From the NCBI GenBank assembly GCA_035221665.1, contig CM069139.1, positions 68,014,001 through 68,078,000 of the forward strand: 64,000 bases of DNA, written 5' to 3'. Under the pieces are notes generated by a model that did not search any database, had not been told where the DNA came from, and saw only the letters and a program-made list of their open reading frames with translations. Shown here one piece after another: positions 1 to 13,800 of this stretch. This DNA comes from Okamejei kenojei. Lineage: Eukaryota. Both the position numbers and the translations under genes were made by a program. Positions within the stretch are counted from its first letter, which is position 1. Each line of letters opens with the position of its first letter.

Positions 1-264
1 CACCCACGACAACTGGCTGTTCACCCTCCCCCTCCAGAATGTTCTGCAGCCCGTTCAATTACAATTAGGTAACTAACTAATTATATGCTTTAATTTCTGG
101 TCATCCAAGTAATATTGTTCCGAGTATGAAAATGGCCATAACCTTTTTAATACTGAAGATATGAAAGTGAATTAGGTGTCAAATTAAACTTATTTTTATA
201 CTTTATCTGATGGGATAAATTGCAGACTTGATTTTTTAAATCTCAAAATTTTGTAACATTGCTA
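1..264. mobile_element. Possible end of a non-autonomous DNA transposon
   Basis: Ends in ...aaattttgtaacattgcta, resembling a TAG-starting TIR; the partner end is outside the window. Confidence 0.3.
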
Positions 265-859
265 AACAATATATAGCAACTGCAGTAATATAGCCCTCAG
301 GATCATTTACTTCAAGTTATTGGCTGTTGTAACTCTAAATAAATGTGCAAATGCTATTGATTATATTTTGATTACAATAAGGAAATAATCATCCACATCC
401 TTGGCAGACGTTGGAATTGCTATGAATGGAAAATTCCTTCAGAGATTCTTCTTGTTGCCAAGCATTGTAGAAGAACCCTAACAGCTAAACTTTACATTGA
501 TTAACCAGAATTCAATGTTTTCGTCAATGTTTAACAAGACTTGTATAATGAGAGGTTATCCTTTTTGGGCTTAAAAAAAAAAATTCTTGACCTGTATTTT
601 GCATTGGTCAGAAGCCTAGAGAATTACTTCAATATTTCAGGTTTTAATGAGAGCCATCTGCAGTCTTAAGTCATTAAGGGTGATTTTAACCCTTCAGGAG
701 CAATTGGAACGTGGAAAAGGAGTTTATAATAGAAGGGGGAGACTCGTTTTAATGGCTCTTTCCCAAATAGCAATTTAAAACAAATTAAATAAGGTTCAAT
801 CTTTATCTCCTAAATGTTGATGTTTGATCAGATTAAACTCCCAGGGTGGAGATTAAGCT

Positions 860-1545
860 GTACACATTTTTAGGGCTAAAGTATAGCTCTGTGGAGATGG
901 AAGGAAACCTGAGGTTGTTCCTCAGATCAGGTTTGCGCACGCATACCACAAATGGCTTCAAATGCCACAAAAGCTCTGTGAACAGAACGCTATATTTTGT
1001 GAAGGACTGGATAGTCTGAATGCTTGTGATGTCTTCTAAAGCAAACATTGTGAAGTATTAGTGAAAGCATAGAATATAAGACTAGGTAGGGTTTTGGTAC
1101 AACAATGTAAATCTTTTGTTCAACCATCGTTGGGGAACGGTGAGCAGTTCTATTTGCTTTATAAGAGGAAGGGTGTGATTTCACTGGAGAAAATACCGAG
1201 GAGACCTTCCAGGATGATGCCTGGGATGGAGCTTTTCAGTTAAGAAGAGAGACTTGATAGCTTGGATAGATGCAACATGTTGGAGTAACTCAACGGACAG
1301 GTAGCATCTCTGGAGAGAAGGAATGGGTGAGGTTCTGGGTCAAGACCCTTCTGTGCTTTCTTTGGAATGTCGAAGGCTGATTAAGTATACAGAGTTGTGA
1401 GGAAAGATAAGGGACATAGTAAGAAACATTTTCCATTTGCAGTGACACCTATAACCTGACGGCATTGATTTATGATAAAGGATAGGAGATTTAAAGAAAA
1501 ATGTATCTAAAGGGTGGTTTGTATCATTTAGTCGGAGCAACTTTC
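860..1545 (+). mobile_element. Old CR1-like LINE 3' fragment interrupted by a Penelope-derived piece
   Basis: Degenerate CR1 RT tail (ccaggatgatgcctgggatgg...agacttgatagcttgg) that resumes after 1352. Confidence 0.55.
1266..1352 (-). mobile_element. Penelope-like terminal-repeat fragment with degenerate hammerhead
   Basis: Reverse complement agaagggtcttgacccagaacctcacccattccttctctccagagatgct...gagttactcca; same family as 35776. Confidence 0.75.
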
Positions 1546-2696
1546 AAATCCCATATCTATATAGTGAGGAGATATTATGTACAGAAATACGACTGCAAAC
1601 ACGTCTCAGCAGAATTAACATTTTTGTTTTTCTTAAGCAGTTTGTTGCCGTTTTCTGTTCCTCAAAATGAATATGAAGTGTTTATTTTGTAGTCGATATT
1701 AAAGGACTGATTATATCTCAATCAGCTTACAGCAAGTAGTATTTATCCTCCCTGTTGTGGAATAAGCTGAAACACAAATCACTTCATACTTAATAAGGGA
1801 AAGTGGTATTGCCAAAGCTGCAATAAACTGAAATCAGATCAGGCAAAAATAGAGATTGGGTGCATTTTAACCATCTAATCAGATAATTGGTCACCTAAAT
1901 TGCATTGCAAGAACTTAGGTTGATCCAATGTCAATGCTTAATTTATTTTCCTGAAGTTTTTGTCAGGTTGGAGTTCAAAGGTTCAAAGGATCTCTGGTAC
2001 CTCACCTAATGCTTTGTGTCAACCAGACATAGATAGTGGTGGATTGGGGGCACCAAAATGAATCCAACCAGAGACATTTTCCATCACCTGTCAGATAAAG
2101 TGATTGATGACCCAGGCTCCTCATAGAACAGAGGATTCCAAGGGCAATTGCAATTTAACAAATTCCAACTTTCCTAACTTAGTTCCATCCCATTTAATAC
2201 ATTTCTCAGCTGAATATCACAAAGCTAAATTGAGATTGTCCTTTATATGAATTAAATAATCTTGTATTGCATTAATTTGAAACTTGGCTCTTTTTTTTCT
2301 TAGCTTAATTATTCCAGATAAATATAATTTTATTTCAGATAGAGCTTTTGAACTTTTGCTCAGATAGATTATGCTCCTTTATGCTGCATGTGTATGGGAT
2401 TGCAAATGGCCACCAGATTCCTATAAATAATTTTAATATCTAGAATTAGGTATATTTAAGTCTAGTGAGATGCAAAACATCTGTTTTAATAAAACCAATT
2501 TGACTTTACTTTCTCTCTCCCTCTCAAGTCTTGGGAGTTTGAATAGCAGGGGGGAGGGGGGCTCCTCCAACAAGATAGGCTCATCATTTTAATATTGTCA
2601 TGAGATTGCAAAGCTCAAATGTAATCTCCCTTCAAGATTTAACTATGGCAGCGCACTTTCCCCAGACCTTGGGTAACCCCATGGATGAACGTGATA

Positions 2697-2865
2697 ACCA
2701 CACCTGGAGTATTGTGTGTAGTTTTGGTCCCCTAATTTGAGGAAGGACATTCTTGCTATTGAGGGAATGCAGCATACTGATTGGGGTTGGTCAGCCATGA
2801 TCACATTGAATGGCGGTGCTGGCTCGAAGGGCCGAATGGCCTACTTCTGCACCTATTGTCTATTG
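2697..2865 (+). mobile_element. CR1 LINE 3' fragment with an internal deletion
   Basis: Near-identical to 11915-11992 joined to the 3'UTR 12410-12480. Confidence 0.85.
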
Positions 2866-3183
2866 GCTGCTTTGTGCGAAAGCTAAGTTCCTTTGCAGGA
2901 AAATGGATATTTAAGATCTGATTTTCATTGGATTTTCATCTTTTCATTGCATAAAACAGAATGAGATATCTTCCCTACAATAAGACAATGTGATTTATTG
3001 ACAATAGTACGATGACAAGTTCTCTCATGCGAGAAAATGATATAATGACTGCACAATATGTTTAGATATTGCTTAATGAGGGATGAATGTTAGCCATGGC
3101 AAACTTTTACAGCTTACATTTCAGCAAGTGACCGTTTTTTAATGAAACTCTTTAATGAAACACAACATTTATATTGAGAGTGA

Positions 3184-3337
3184 GCAGCACCTCTGGAGAG
3201 AAGGAATGGGGATGTTTCGCCCATTCAGAAATGTCACCCATTCCTTCACTCCAGAGATGCTGCCTGTTCTGCTGAGTTCCTCCAGCATTTTGTGTCTATC
3301 TTCGGTATAAACCAGCATCTTCAGTTCTTTCCTACAC
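3184..3337. mobile_element. Penelope-like terminal repeat in inverted (hairpin) arrangement
   Basis: Arms 3184-3210 and 3237-3263 are reverse complements (25/27). Confidence 0.8.
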
Positions 3338-4005
3338 ATATATATTAAAGGAATGCGTCTTGAGAAGGTGAAACTTTAGATATGAATAACAAATGAGGAG
3401 AGGAGTAAGTGGCGGCAAGTGCGGGGGAAGCATATTTTACAAATTTAGGTTAAATGTTAAGAGTTAATATCGCAATCATGAAGTATAAGTATAATTATTT
3501 GATTTTTACAATTTTTGTTAGTATTAATGTTCTAAGCTCCAAATAAATTAAAATTTTAGGATCTTTGAAAGCAATGATTTAGATTTTTAGGATAACTGTT
3601 ATTGGCTGAAGTTCTAACACTGTCAGGCTGGGTTGTAGGTGCAAAAATGTAGTAACAAAGTGTAGTCTCAGATAAGTTTTCACATTTGTTTGAGCAGTAT
3701 GGACGTCAGAATTGTGAATAGACTATTTGTTTATTCAATACCCCATTTCTGCTACTTCTGCTCATGGCAAATCCGATTCCTTTGAATAACATGTTGCACA
3801 TAACAAACAATCTAAGTACATTGTGCTGAGTGAGTTTATGTCATTGGTGGAAGTAGCAGGGATGATGCAGACAACCTCAGCATGCAAAATTCATGTTTGA
3901 ACTCACTTGCAAAAATGACCATCTGTCTGCGCATGTGCGCATCCAAATGCATAGACAAATTTTGTTTAAGAGCCATCAGAATTGGTATGGTTGAACCTTT
4001 CATCA

Positions 4006-4317
4006 GCCTGTCACATGTACAAACATGGGGTAGAGTTTCAGATCAACAAACTCATCGGAAGGCTGGCTCCATCCTGGTGGCGGAATTGGATTTATAGGAG
4101 GTGGTCTTGGAGGGGAGGATGCTCCTCAAGCTGCAGAGCATTCTGGATAATACACCTCTTCCATGACTCACTGTTCAACCTGAGGAGTATCTTCAGCAAC
4201 AGACTGGTTCCATCAAGTTGCAGGACAGAACGCCACAGGAGATCCTTCTTCCCTGTGGCTATCAAACTTTACAACCCCTCCCCCTTCTGTCGTGGGGTAG
4301 ACTGAGACTGACTCCCC

Positions 4318-4349
<32 letters not shown>

Positions 4350-4472
4350 ACTCCCCAATCCCTCAAGCCTTTCCACTTGTCACTTTAGTTTCATGTATTT
4401 TGTGTTTTTTATGTCTGTTGGCAGATCAATTTCCCTCCTGGGATAAGTAGAATTCTATTGTATCGTGTCGTA
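4006..4472 (+). mobile_element. Rex1/Babar-like LINE 3' end
   Basis: RT C-terminus RTERHRRSFFPVAIKLYN, poly-C run, tail cctcctgggataa...(tatcg)n. Confidence 0.65.
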
Positions 4473-4674
4473 GGCTTACAAAATAGCAACTAGTCCTGTG
4501 AATCAGTCACCATCTGTGCCTTCAGAAGCTGGTTTGGGTTTTATAGAACAAAGGTGCCGGCTTATTTATTTTCATTTTTATTCTTAAAAACGAAAATACA
4601 TTTATTCTGCAAAATACATATAATGGAAAAGAACACAAATGTCACTGCTGTTTGCATTCTGTTGACTCCTGCAG

Positions 4675-4830
4675 GTTGATATCTTCAATGGACAGTCCTT
4701 ACGTCTCTGCAGCATCGGTGTCTATGGGACGAAACCAGCATTGCCGTAATTCTCCCAGCAATCTGTCTTCTTCCAGTGATGCAGGATCCGGAGGTGGCAG
4801 TCATCGAAGGCAGAAGTCCATCCCTGATGG
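4675..4830 (+). CDS. SIPA1L1: SIPA1L1-like exon A (156 nt, phase 2-2): [52 protein letters not shown]
   Basis: Acceptor ctcctgcag|G, donor GG|gtatgt; matches recalled [16 protein letters not shown]...RQKSMPEG. Confidence 0.93.
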
Positions 4831-7800
4831 GTATGTCTAACTGCAGTTAAAGCCATTTGGTTAGCAGCCAAAGAGCACATTAAAGAGCTGTGTTCAGCCT
4901 GTACAAATTGAACGGTCTGTGCCCTGCTGAGCAAACTAACTGAGGGACTGATGTGATCAATATCTGTTGATAGGTACTCATGTCCTGTTAATTGTTGGCC
5001 CCGACATTAGAATGAAATAAAGTAGAAATAATCCGTGTGCTGCTTGCACCTGATACAAGCAACACGTTTACATGCTGGAGGATTCCTCAGAAGTGATCCT
5101 CACATGCTCTGTTGTAACACAGCTGACAGCTCTACATCCTCTTGATGTTAGTGTATTCTTTTATCCCTGGTATTTATCTATGTATCATTTAATAAAACAA
5201 TTATCAATAAATTCCTTCCTGCTTTCAGCTGGCCTGGCATCAAAGATCTTGTGTGCCTTTGGTGAAAAATTGTTTACATCTTCCCGTGTTCTTTGTTTTC
5301 TCTCATATCTGACACATCAATTATTTTGCTTGCACTCTCTCATTTTTGTTTTCACATATTACCAATCCTTTTCCATGTTTCCAAAATCTCTTTCTTCCCT
5401 CACTTTTTTCCTTTATCCCAATGCTTTTACAGTTCCTTCCCACCTTTGCTGTCCTTGAACATTGCTTCTGTGCACATACACCACACTCCAAACCCCTCTT
5501 ACGCAATCTCAGTTCTTCGTTCTCTTTAGCATTCTTTGTGTATCCTCGTCCCTTCTCTCTCTGTTCCCTACACTCTACCATCCTTGTGTCCTTCCTCTGA
5601 CGCACCTCTTATCAAGCACAGTACAAGTAGTCCCTTCTGTAAGCACAATGTTCTCATAGCCTGTGTTCTCAGGTCACAACATTAAACATTTACTTATAAA
5701 CAAAAGTGTGTCATCAAAATAGGCCAGTGAGGAAAAAGGCAACCAAAAATACCCATTGAGGCCATAGTACCATATCACTAACTAGCAATACGATTGGAAT
5801 AATGTTAATACTTCAGTTGATTATTGAAAGCTATTCAATTAGTCCTTTGAGACTGCCAAGCATATTTTCAGATGATTTGAAAATTAAGTGCCAGTGTAAA
5901 TGATAGTTAAGAATTCATGCATTTAGTTTACATTGTAGTCGTAGAGGGGTTTTAGTTACAGTACATGCAATTGTCTAACATGGTTGGCCAACTTTTTGAA
6001 GAAATTGCAAACTGGAAAAATGTGCCATGAAGCTGTCTTTGTGTGTTGGAGGCCAATGAAAATGAAGTTTGAGCCTTTTTCTTATGGAAAGGATTTGAAA
6101 TGCATATTTGTCATGTTGTCGGTCTTTACTGAAATTGCTCTTGGGATTTCTGGAATGTTTCCTCCTAGCAATCCCAGACTTATTCTGAACATTTCTATCA
6201 GAGAGAGTTCACCTGATTCTCACAAATGCACTTATGGCCATCTTGTCCGTTACCCTTATGAGTTTGGCTACTGAATTACAATGACTAAATTCCAAATTTA
6301 ATTTTGATGTAATTCATTGGGACTTCTTTACATTCTTCATGCTGACCTACCTGAATTAGGATTGCCATTATAATTAAAGATTTGTTGTGTTTAATGGGCC
6401 TCTGATTTAGATCCAATGTTATAATGCATAAAACACAGGTTTGAGCCATGAGTACACACCAAAGGCTGCCTTTAGTCGTCCCTTCAGTATGAGGGACAGA
6501 TGGAGAAGAGAAGCCCAAGAAGAATTTATGCTTCTAGAGGGGAAAAACATAGGGATTGATGTTACCTCTCCCTTGATGTGGCCTCCTTTTCATCATTAAG
6601 ACCAATGGTAGATTAAGTGACCGTTCTCCAAACACCTGTGCTCAGTCTGCCAAGGCCTACTGCATCTCCTGATTGCTAACCATTTTAACTCCATTCCCAT
6701 TCCCATACTGCCCTTTATGTTCTGGATCTCCTCCATAGCCAGAGTGAGATCACACAAAGTAGAGGAACAACAACTCAAATTCTGCTCTGGTACCTTACAA
6801 CCTGAACATTGAATTCCCCAATTTTAGGTAACTAACCCACCAACAACCCCTACTTTTATCCTCTCCTTCTCTCCCCATCGTTTCTCCCCCTCTCTTCCCT
6901 GTGACCCTCCTAGATTCACACCTGTTTCACCTTTTCCCTTCCCTCCCCCTACCCCCAGCACCGTCCCTCTCCAGCTATTTTTGTTCCTCACATTTTAAGT
7001 GCCCTTTTGTGCCCTTATCTTCTTGTCTCACACCGTTTGTATTTTCATCTCTGGCCTTTGTCCATCTATCTACCATTTAAGAATCTCCCTCAACTTCTGT
7101 CCACCTATCACTTGCCAGGTTTTGTCTGTCTCCCCCCCACCCCCACCTCTCTTCCAGCTTTCTCCCCTACCAATACAGACAGTCTGAAGAAGGTTCCCAA
7201 CCAAAAATATCATCACCTATCCATGTTTTCCAGATATGCTGTCTGACCTGCTGAGTTATTCTAACACTTTGTGTCTTTATCTTTTTTAAGATGCTTATGT
7301 GTCTCGTGTGTGGATACAAATTAGAATCTAGACCATTCTAACATGTGACAAATAGATGGAGTGTACTGTGCATCATATTGTATGCAATTCCCATCCAATT
7401 CAGAAGCCATGCGTAATGCGGAAAGAAGAAAAATGAATTAAAAACCTAAGCACGTCAAACCAGGAATAGGGACAAGAAATAATTGAGATGGCCACTGGTG
7501 AAGCTCATTGGGCACTAAATAATTGTAGTGCTATGCTATAAAAGAACGATTTCCAACATCTCATCAGATTAAACCTCTGCAATCATGCCACATGATGCAA
7601 TAATGGAGGAACATTTGAGTAAACAGTGGGAGGAGGAGTGTGAATATTTCCATCCTCAATGACAGCAGAGCCTTGCGTGTAAGAGGCAACCTTCGTAACC
7701 TAGTGGATGATCAATCAAAACATCTCCTGAATGTCTCATCATCATAGAGAGTAGTCTACATCCAATTCATATCAACTCTTCCGGAGAGGCTCAGTCCGCT

Positions 7801-10800
7801 GTTGGCCCCGACATGACCTTGAATGCAGGGCCGAATACGTGCTTTGAAACTAGGCAGGCCTCAGGCCAAGCTGCTGCAGTGCAACATAACATCAACATCT
7901 CCCTGACAAAGTGGAAAATCATCTTGCTATAACAAAACAGGACAAATCTAATCCAGCCAATTAACACTTGCTTTTAAGCAAAGTCATAGAGTAGTCATAT
8001 CAACTGCTGCTTAATTGTCAGCAAACTGCAAACAGTTTGGTTCTACTGGGAGTGTTATGCTTCAGATATCATTGCAGTCTTGATTCAAGTTTAAACAAAA
8101 GATCTGAATTCAAGACCACAATCCAATACTGTCACCAGTTATGACAATTAGAGATTGGCTCTAAATGCTGGGTGACCCATCAGTGACCGCCTCATCTGAA
8201 TAGATACTAATTCCTCTTGTGAGTTGAGATTAATTTATGCCAATAGAATCACGATGACTCTGGTCAACATTGCCAGGTATTCATCTCATTGGACAAAGTG
8301 ATCTCCACTGCAATTAGAAACATAGAAAATAGGTGCAGGAGTAGGCCATTCGGCCCTTCGAGTCTGCACCGCCATTCAATATGATCATGGCTGATCAACC
8401 TTTCAACCTTTTCAAACAATCACATTCAACCTTTATTAATAACTTAGATAAAGATTTATGGCCCTGTCCCATGGGACGAGTTCATTCGAAGAGCTCTCCC
8501 GAGTTTAAAAAGAATCAAACTCGTAAGCATGGGGAATGAATGTAGCGGGTACGTTGACGCTCGGGGGCGTCTCTTAGCTGCTCGTAACGCTAACGGCAGG
8601 TACTCGGGAAGACTCGCTAATGGCAGGTAAGCACGGGAAGACTCATGAAGATTTTTCAACAACGGGAGAGCTCTTGGACTGAACTCGTACGGTGGGACAG
8701 GGCTTTAAAGTGTATTTATCCACAATTATTGAGGATAGATAGGTAGGTGAGAACCAAAATTGCGAAGAGGATGTCAACTGCAAATTGATACAGAAAAGTT
8801 AACCAAGTGCAAAACGATTTGACAGATAGAATGTGATAAGGGGAAATGTGAGTTGTTCCAATTAGTGGGAAGAAGTTTGTTTAAAATAGGAGAGTTTGTG
8901 GAATTCTGCTTTGTGGGGGGATGTGGGTATCATGTACATGAAACTAGTACATGAAACATAGTTAGCAAGCCAGTGCAGTAAATAATTCAGAGAGTAAAAG
9001 AGATGCTGTATAAAAGAAGGAAATTATTGCTACAACTACAGCTGCTCCTCGATTTGAATACGGCTTACATATGTGGATCCTTGCGTAAGTCGGATGTTAC
9101 GGAAGTCGGAAACTTTGCGCACGTGTAAAATTGCCGTTTGTACTGTGTAGTACCAGTGGGAGACCATGTTGGAGTTCCGACATGGAGACCATGTGGGAGC
9201 TCTGACACAGAGACCATGTGGGAGTAACCAGGGGAACAGCTGACTGCCTTGTGGAAACCACCGCATGTGTAGAAGCACACTGTGACCAAGTCTGCTGAGA
9301 CGCGCAACTCAGTAATAAAGCAGTTGGCTAAAAGAATTGCTTACACAAGTGCGAGTTTATGCAAGTCATCTATTACGTACGGCAGGGAATGCTTGTATAC
9401 AGGATTTTGGGAAATCCACACGCGAGTACTGAGCACAGTTTGGTGACATTAATTAAGAATGATGTACCTCTGCTGGAAGCAGCTCAAAGGCAGATCGCAA
9501 GCTTGATTCCTGGAACAAAGGGAATGGTAGAGGTGGAGAGTTTGATCAGGTTGTGCCTGTATTTACTCAAGTTTCAAAAAATGTAAAGTGTTCTGATGTG
9601 GAGTGTTTTTTCCTCTCAGAAATCTAGAAGTAGGGTGCATAGTTTCACAATGGGGGTCACCCCCCCCCCCCCCCCCCCCGAGACTGAAATGAGGAGGAAT
9701 TTCTTCTTTAAGTTTGTTGGTCTTTGGAATCCACTATCTCCAGAGATCCATCGAAGCTTATTCTTTGAATATATATCCAAGGCTGAGATTTTTTTTAATC
9801 TGTTTTATTGAGTATAGGCAGGGACATGGAATTGAGGCTGAATGCAAATATGATCTTATTGAATGACCGAGCAGGATCATGAGGCCATATCACCTACTTC
9901 TGCTCCCATTTGTTTAGTTCAATCACAAACAGGTTAGAAATAATTCAGACAACTGATATTCATAGAAACCTATGAAGTGGTTTCAAAAGCCTATTGTGAT
10001 CCTGCACTAACTCTGATTCTGATTCATGAACGTCTGTACCCTATTTGATAGAAACATGCAGTCCAGGCACACACCATCTATTTTGAAGATCATCAAATTG
10101 ACATGGTGAACAAAACAAAGTGACTTTGTTGTTGTTCTGATGATTATTCTTTTACCAACTACAAAGTTTTTCTTTATCCCATAATTCTCAGACAATCAAT
10201 TCTTGAGATGCTTGACTAACACTCTAAACATTACTGATCATTGTGGAATGTGTCAGTGAGCTACACAGCTGCAGATTTGAGGGAAAAGTCTAGTCTAATT
10301 AATGTATGCTATTTATGTGCTTTTTGTGTGTGCTATTAATAAACTTTACATGAACAGCCACATTAATCTTGCATGCAATTCTTTCATTTTTGTAATGGGA
10401 ACATAGCTTTTGTTAGACCAGTTAGCCTATTGCAAAAATCAGAATGTTAATTTTAAATTTTGCTCTCTGAAGTTCAACAATACATTTCTCCATGCATTGT
10501 TTTTATAACTCTGCCGAATGTGTAATTATAAACTTTCTCACAAACGCCTTGTACATTTCAATGGCCATGATGATAATTTGAGTATGTGAAATTTACAAAA
10601 AGCAAGTTAAATAGTGGGAAAAAAATTGGAAGAGTTATTCATAATCATTACCTCCTTCCAAAAAATGTTTATCAGTGGATTTTTTTAAGGCCTCTCTGTA
10701 TCTGTTCTTTGGCAAAGGCTTGCATCTTCCCACAGAGCAGGTCCTGTAATCCAGCAGTGTTGTTGGCTATGGAAAGGAAACAATGGCTCATATTACAAAA

Positions 10801-13800
10801 AATATTTTGTTTAAAATGTAGGAAGAGAAATAATGTGTTATCATTAATGTTAAGCATTAACACATAGAGAGAAGTCTTGACAGTCACGCATAAACCTAAA
10901 ATTCTCTAATTCCTGTGGTGTACAGAAGCATTATCAGTAGTTTATTACAAGAGATTATTTTGTTTTTACATTATGAATTATACCTAATACGAATTGTACC
11001 TAATACGAATTAGCAGTGCCCTCTCAAATACATTAAAATTGTACCTAATATGAATTAGCAGTGGGGCCCCCTCAAATACATCCGCACATGCATTCAAACT
11101 CTACGCAAAAAGTCACCCAATAATTCTACTTGTCTATTGTCATATGTCTGAATTAACGATTCAGACTAATTATTAAACATAACCTTTCTGATATTTAAGT
11201 CTGCACTATGACTAAATAGCTCCCAACTATGTATATTCATTCTGATTTCTAAAGCAAAAGCACACTTGGTTTTATATGCCGTTGTACTGATTGAGTTCTT
11301 TTCATGTGCAAATGAAGAGAATAAGCGAATTTGGTATCTCGACAAATGCAAGGAATCATGGGATTTGTCAAAGGTAATTCGGGATTAAAAAGAAGTGAAC
11401 GCAGCACTGTATAAACTGTGTATCAATTGTTAACTATTCTACCAAGGAATTAATCTAGAATTCTGTCAATAGCATCCTTTCTTGTTCTGCTGTTCACACA
11501 CTACAGTTCTAGTTCAGTTCATTAATCTGCAATTATGAGATATTCAAAAAGTTAAAGAATTTATTATTTTAATTTAATCCTGAATGTGTTTGATACTGGA
11601 ATAAAAAAATATTCCTGTGTTGAACCATTTTCTGCATGGGCAGATACATGGCAGATGCAGTTTAATGTGGATAAATGTGAGGTTATCCACTTTGGTAGCA
11701 AAAACAGGAAGGCAGATTATTATCTAAATGGAGTCAAGTTGGGAAAAGGAGAAGTACAAAGGGATCTGGGAGTCCTTGTTCATCAGTCAATGAAAATAAG
11801 CATGCGGATACAGCAAGCAGTGAATAAAGCGAATGGCATGCTGGCCGACGTAACAAGAGGAGTTGAGTATAGGAGCAAAGAGGTCCTTCTGCAGTTGTAA
11901 AGGGCCCTAGTGAGACCACACCTGGAGTATTGTGTGCAGTTTTGGTCTCCAAATTTGAGGAAGGACATTCTTGCTATTGAGGGAGTGCAGCGTAGGTTCA
12001 CAAGGTTAATTCCTGGGATGGTGGGACTGTCATATGCTGAGAGAATGGAGCCACTGGGCTTGTACACTATGGAATTTAGAAGGATGAGAGAGGATCCTAT
12101 TGAAACATATAAGATTATTAAGGGTTTGGACACGCTAGAGGCAGGAAACATGTTCCCGATGTCGGGGAGGTCCAGAACCAGGGGACACAGTTTAAGAATA
12201 AAGGGTAAGCCATTTAGAACGGAGATGAGGAAACACTTTTTCACACTGAGAGTTGTTAGTCTGTGGAATTCTCTGCCTCAGAGGGCGGTGGAGGCCGGTG
12301 GAGGCCGGTTCTCTGGGTATTTTCAAGAGAGAGCTAAACAGGGCTCTTAAAGATAGCAGAGTCTGGGGATATGGGGAGAAAGCAGGAATGGGGTACTGAC
12401 TGTGGATGATCAGCCATGATCACATTGAATGGTGGTGCTGGCTCGAAGGGCCGAATAGCCTACTCCTGCACCTATTGCCTATTCTGAGGCAGCAATCCAC
12501 AGCAGCTGAAAGCAATAGTTTTAACTTTGGGAAAAACATAACCAAGAAAGAAATCAAAAGATGGAATACCCCCCCCCCAACCAGTCCATCAGCTTCATCC
12601 AAGCCAATGCCTGCAGTGATCTCTACTGAGAAGATAAATATTTGACTTGGATAAGGGCCAGTTTAGAAAAAGGTTATGCAGTATGCCCAACCTCACCTCT
12701 CGAAGGAAAGGTGACAATAGCCTCAGCTTCCACGATAATGACATGTTTGAGGATGAGAGGCATAAACTTAGCTATTCTTTTAAAATAACTGCACTTACCC
12801 ATGGGCTAATTGTGATATCAGCTTACCATTTGTTTTCCCAATTTCTCAGGCATCTACCAAAAATACAGGTTCTGCACCATAGTCAACTTACCTGGAGCTC
12901 TGAATCAGCCACACCTAATGCAATACCACAAATCTAAAGGCTGCTACTGAACAGAAACACTGACGAAGAGAATATTAAGGCATTCTGCAAAAGCATAAAC
13001 TTAGTCAGGCTAGATTACATGAGGAATTGCAACAGTACTGCATCACTGCATGAATTGTCAGCATTCTCTTGTGTTAAATACCACTACTTTAGAAATCATA
13101 CATTTCATTTCATTCCCCCTCCCAACAAAAACAATAAAAAATGGTTGTTCTTCATCGTCACAATCTCGCTCACTCACCGAAGCATAACACCACCAAAATC
13201 ATCGTAGTTTTGTACAAATGAATATAAATACACCTAGTTAATAGTTTTGAAAGCAGTATTTTCTTACCTCGAAGAAGCAAAAGTGTAAAATACGTATGAA
13301 ATGCAGGTCTGTACACACACACGCAGTAGCTCAGCTGATGAGAATGTTTGTATCGAATGACCCATGACCTGGGCATGCGCAGTTATAATACCGAACTTGC
13401 TTATTGTAAACTCTTTAGCAATCCACTGTTCAAAATGGCTTGTGCATTTTACATTTGGAAGTATGACTGAATTATTTCAGTGCCTGTCACTTCAATAATT
13501 TGAAAATGTTTCATTCAATATCACAGTGTCCATACTCAACCTCATTCCATCCATTGAGAAGGCAGATATATATCTACAGTCTGCAACATCTAAAAAATAT
13601 ATTTTCATGCTTAAATGTTAATGTTTTACATGAGTAACTTGTTTTATCAAGTTACGAGAATGATACAGCAACTTTGGTTATTCGTTTTTCTCTATAGACT
13701 CTGTACAAATTGAATTGACAGGAACTATTGAAAGTAGCTTGACACCTCAAACATTTGCAAATAATGATTGGAATTGACATTAACTTACTACATTATGGCA

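Noticed and set aside
4319-4349. Long poly-C runs (also 9660, 49787, 52898)
   Set aside because: Homopolymers inside repeats; lengths are unreliable in assemblies.
5072-5659. Cluster of overlapping ORFs up to 128 aa
   Set aside because: Low-complexity pyrimidine-rich sequence with few stops; no recognisable protein or splice context.
11586-12350. RT ORFs as an active retroelement or domesticated gene
   Set aside because: 5'-truncated, with an in-frame stop and no catalytic core; an ordinary dead CR1 copy.
13255-13385. Antisense donor AG|GTAAG and an NRF1-like GCATGCGCA
   Set aside because: Isolated short motifs; no other evidence of an antisense transcript.
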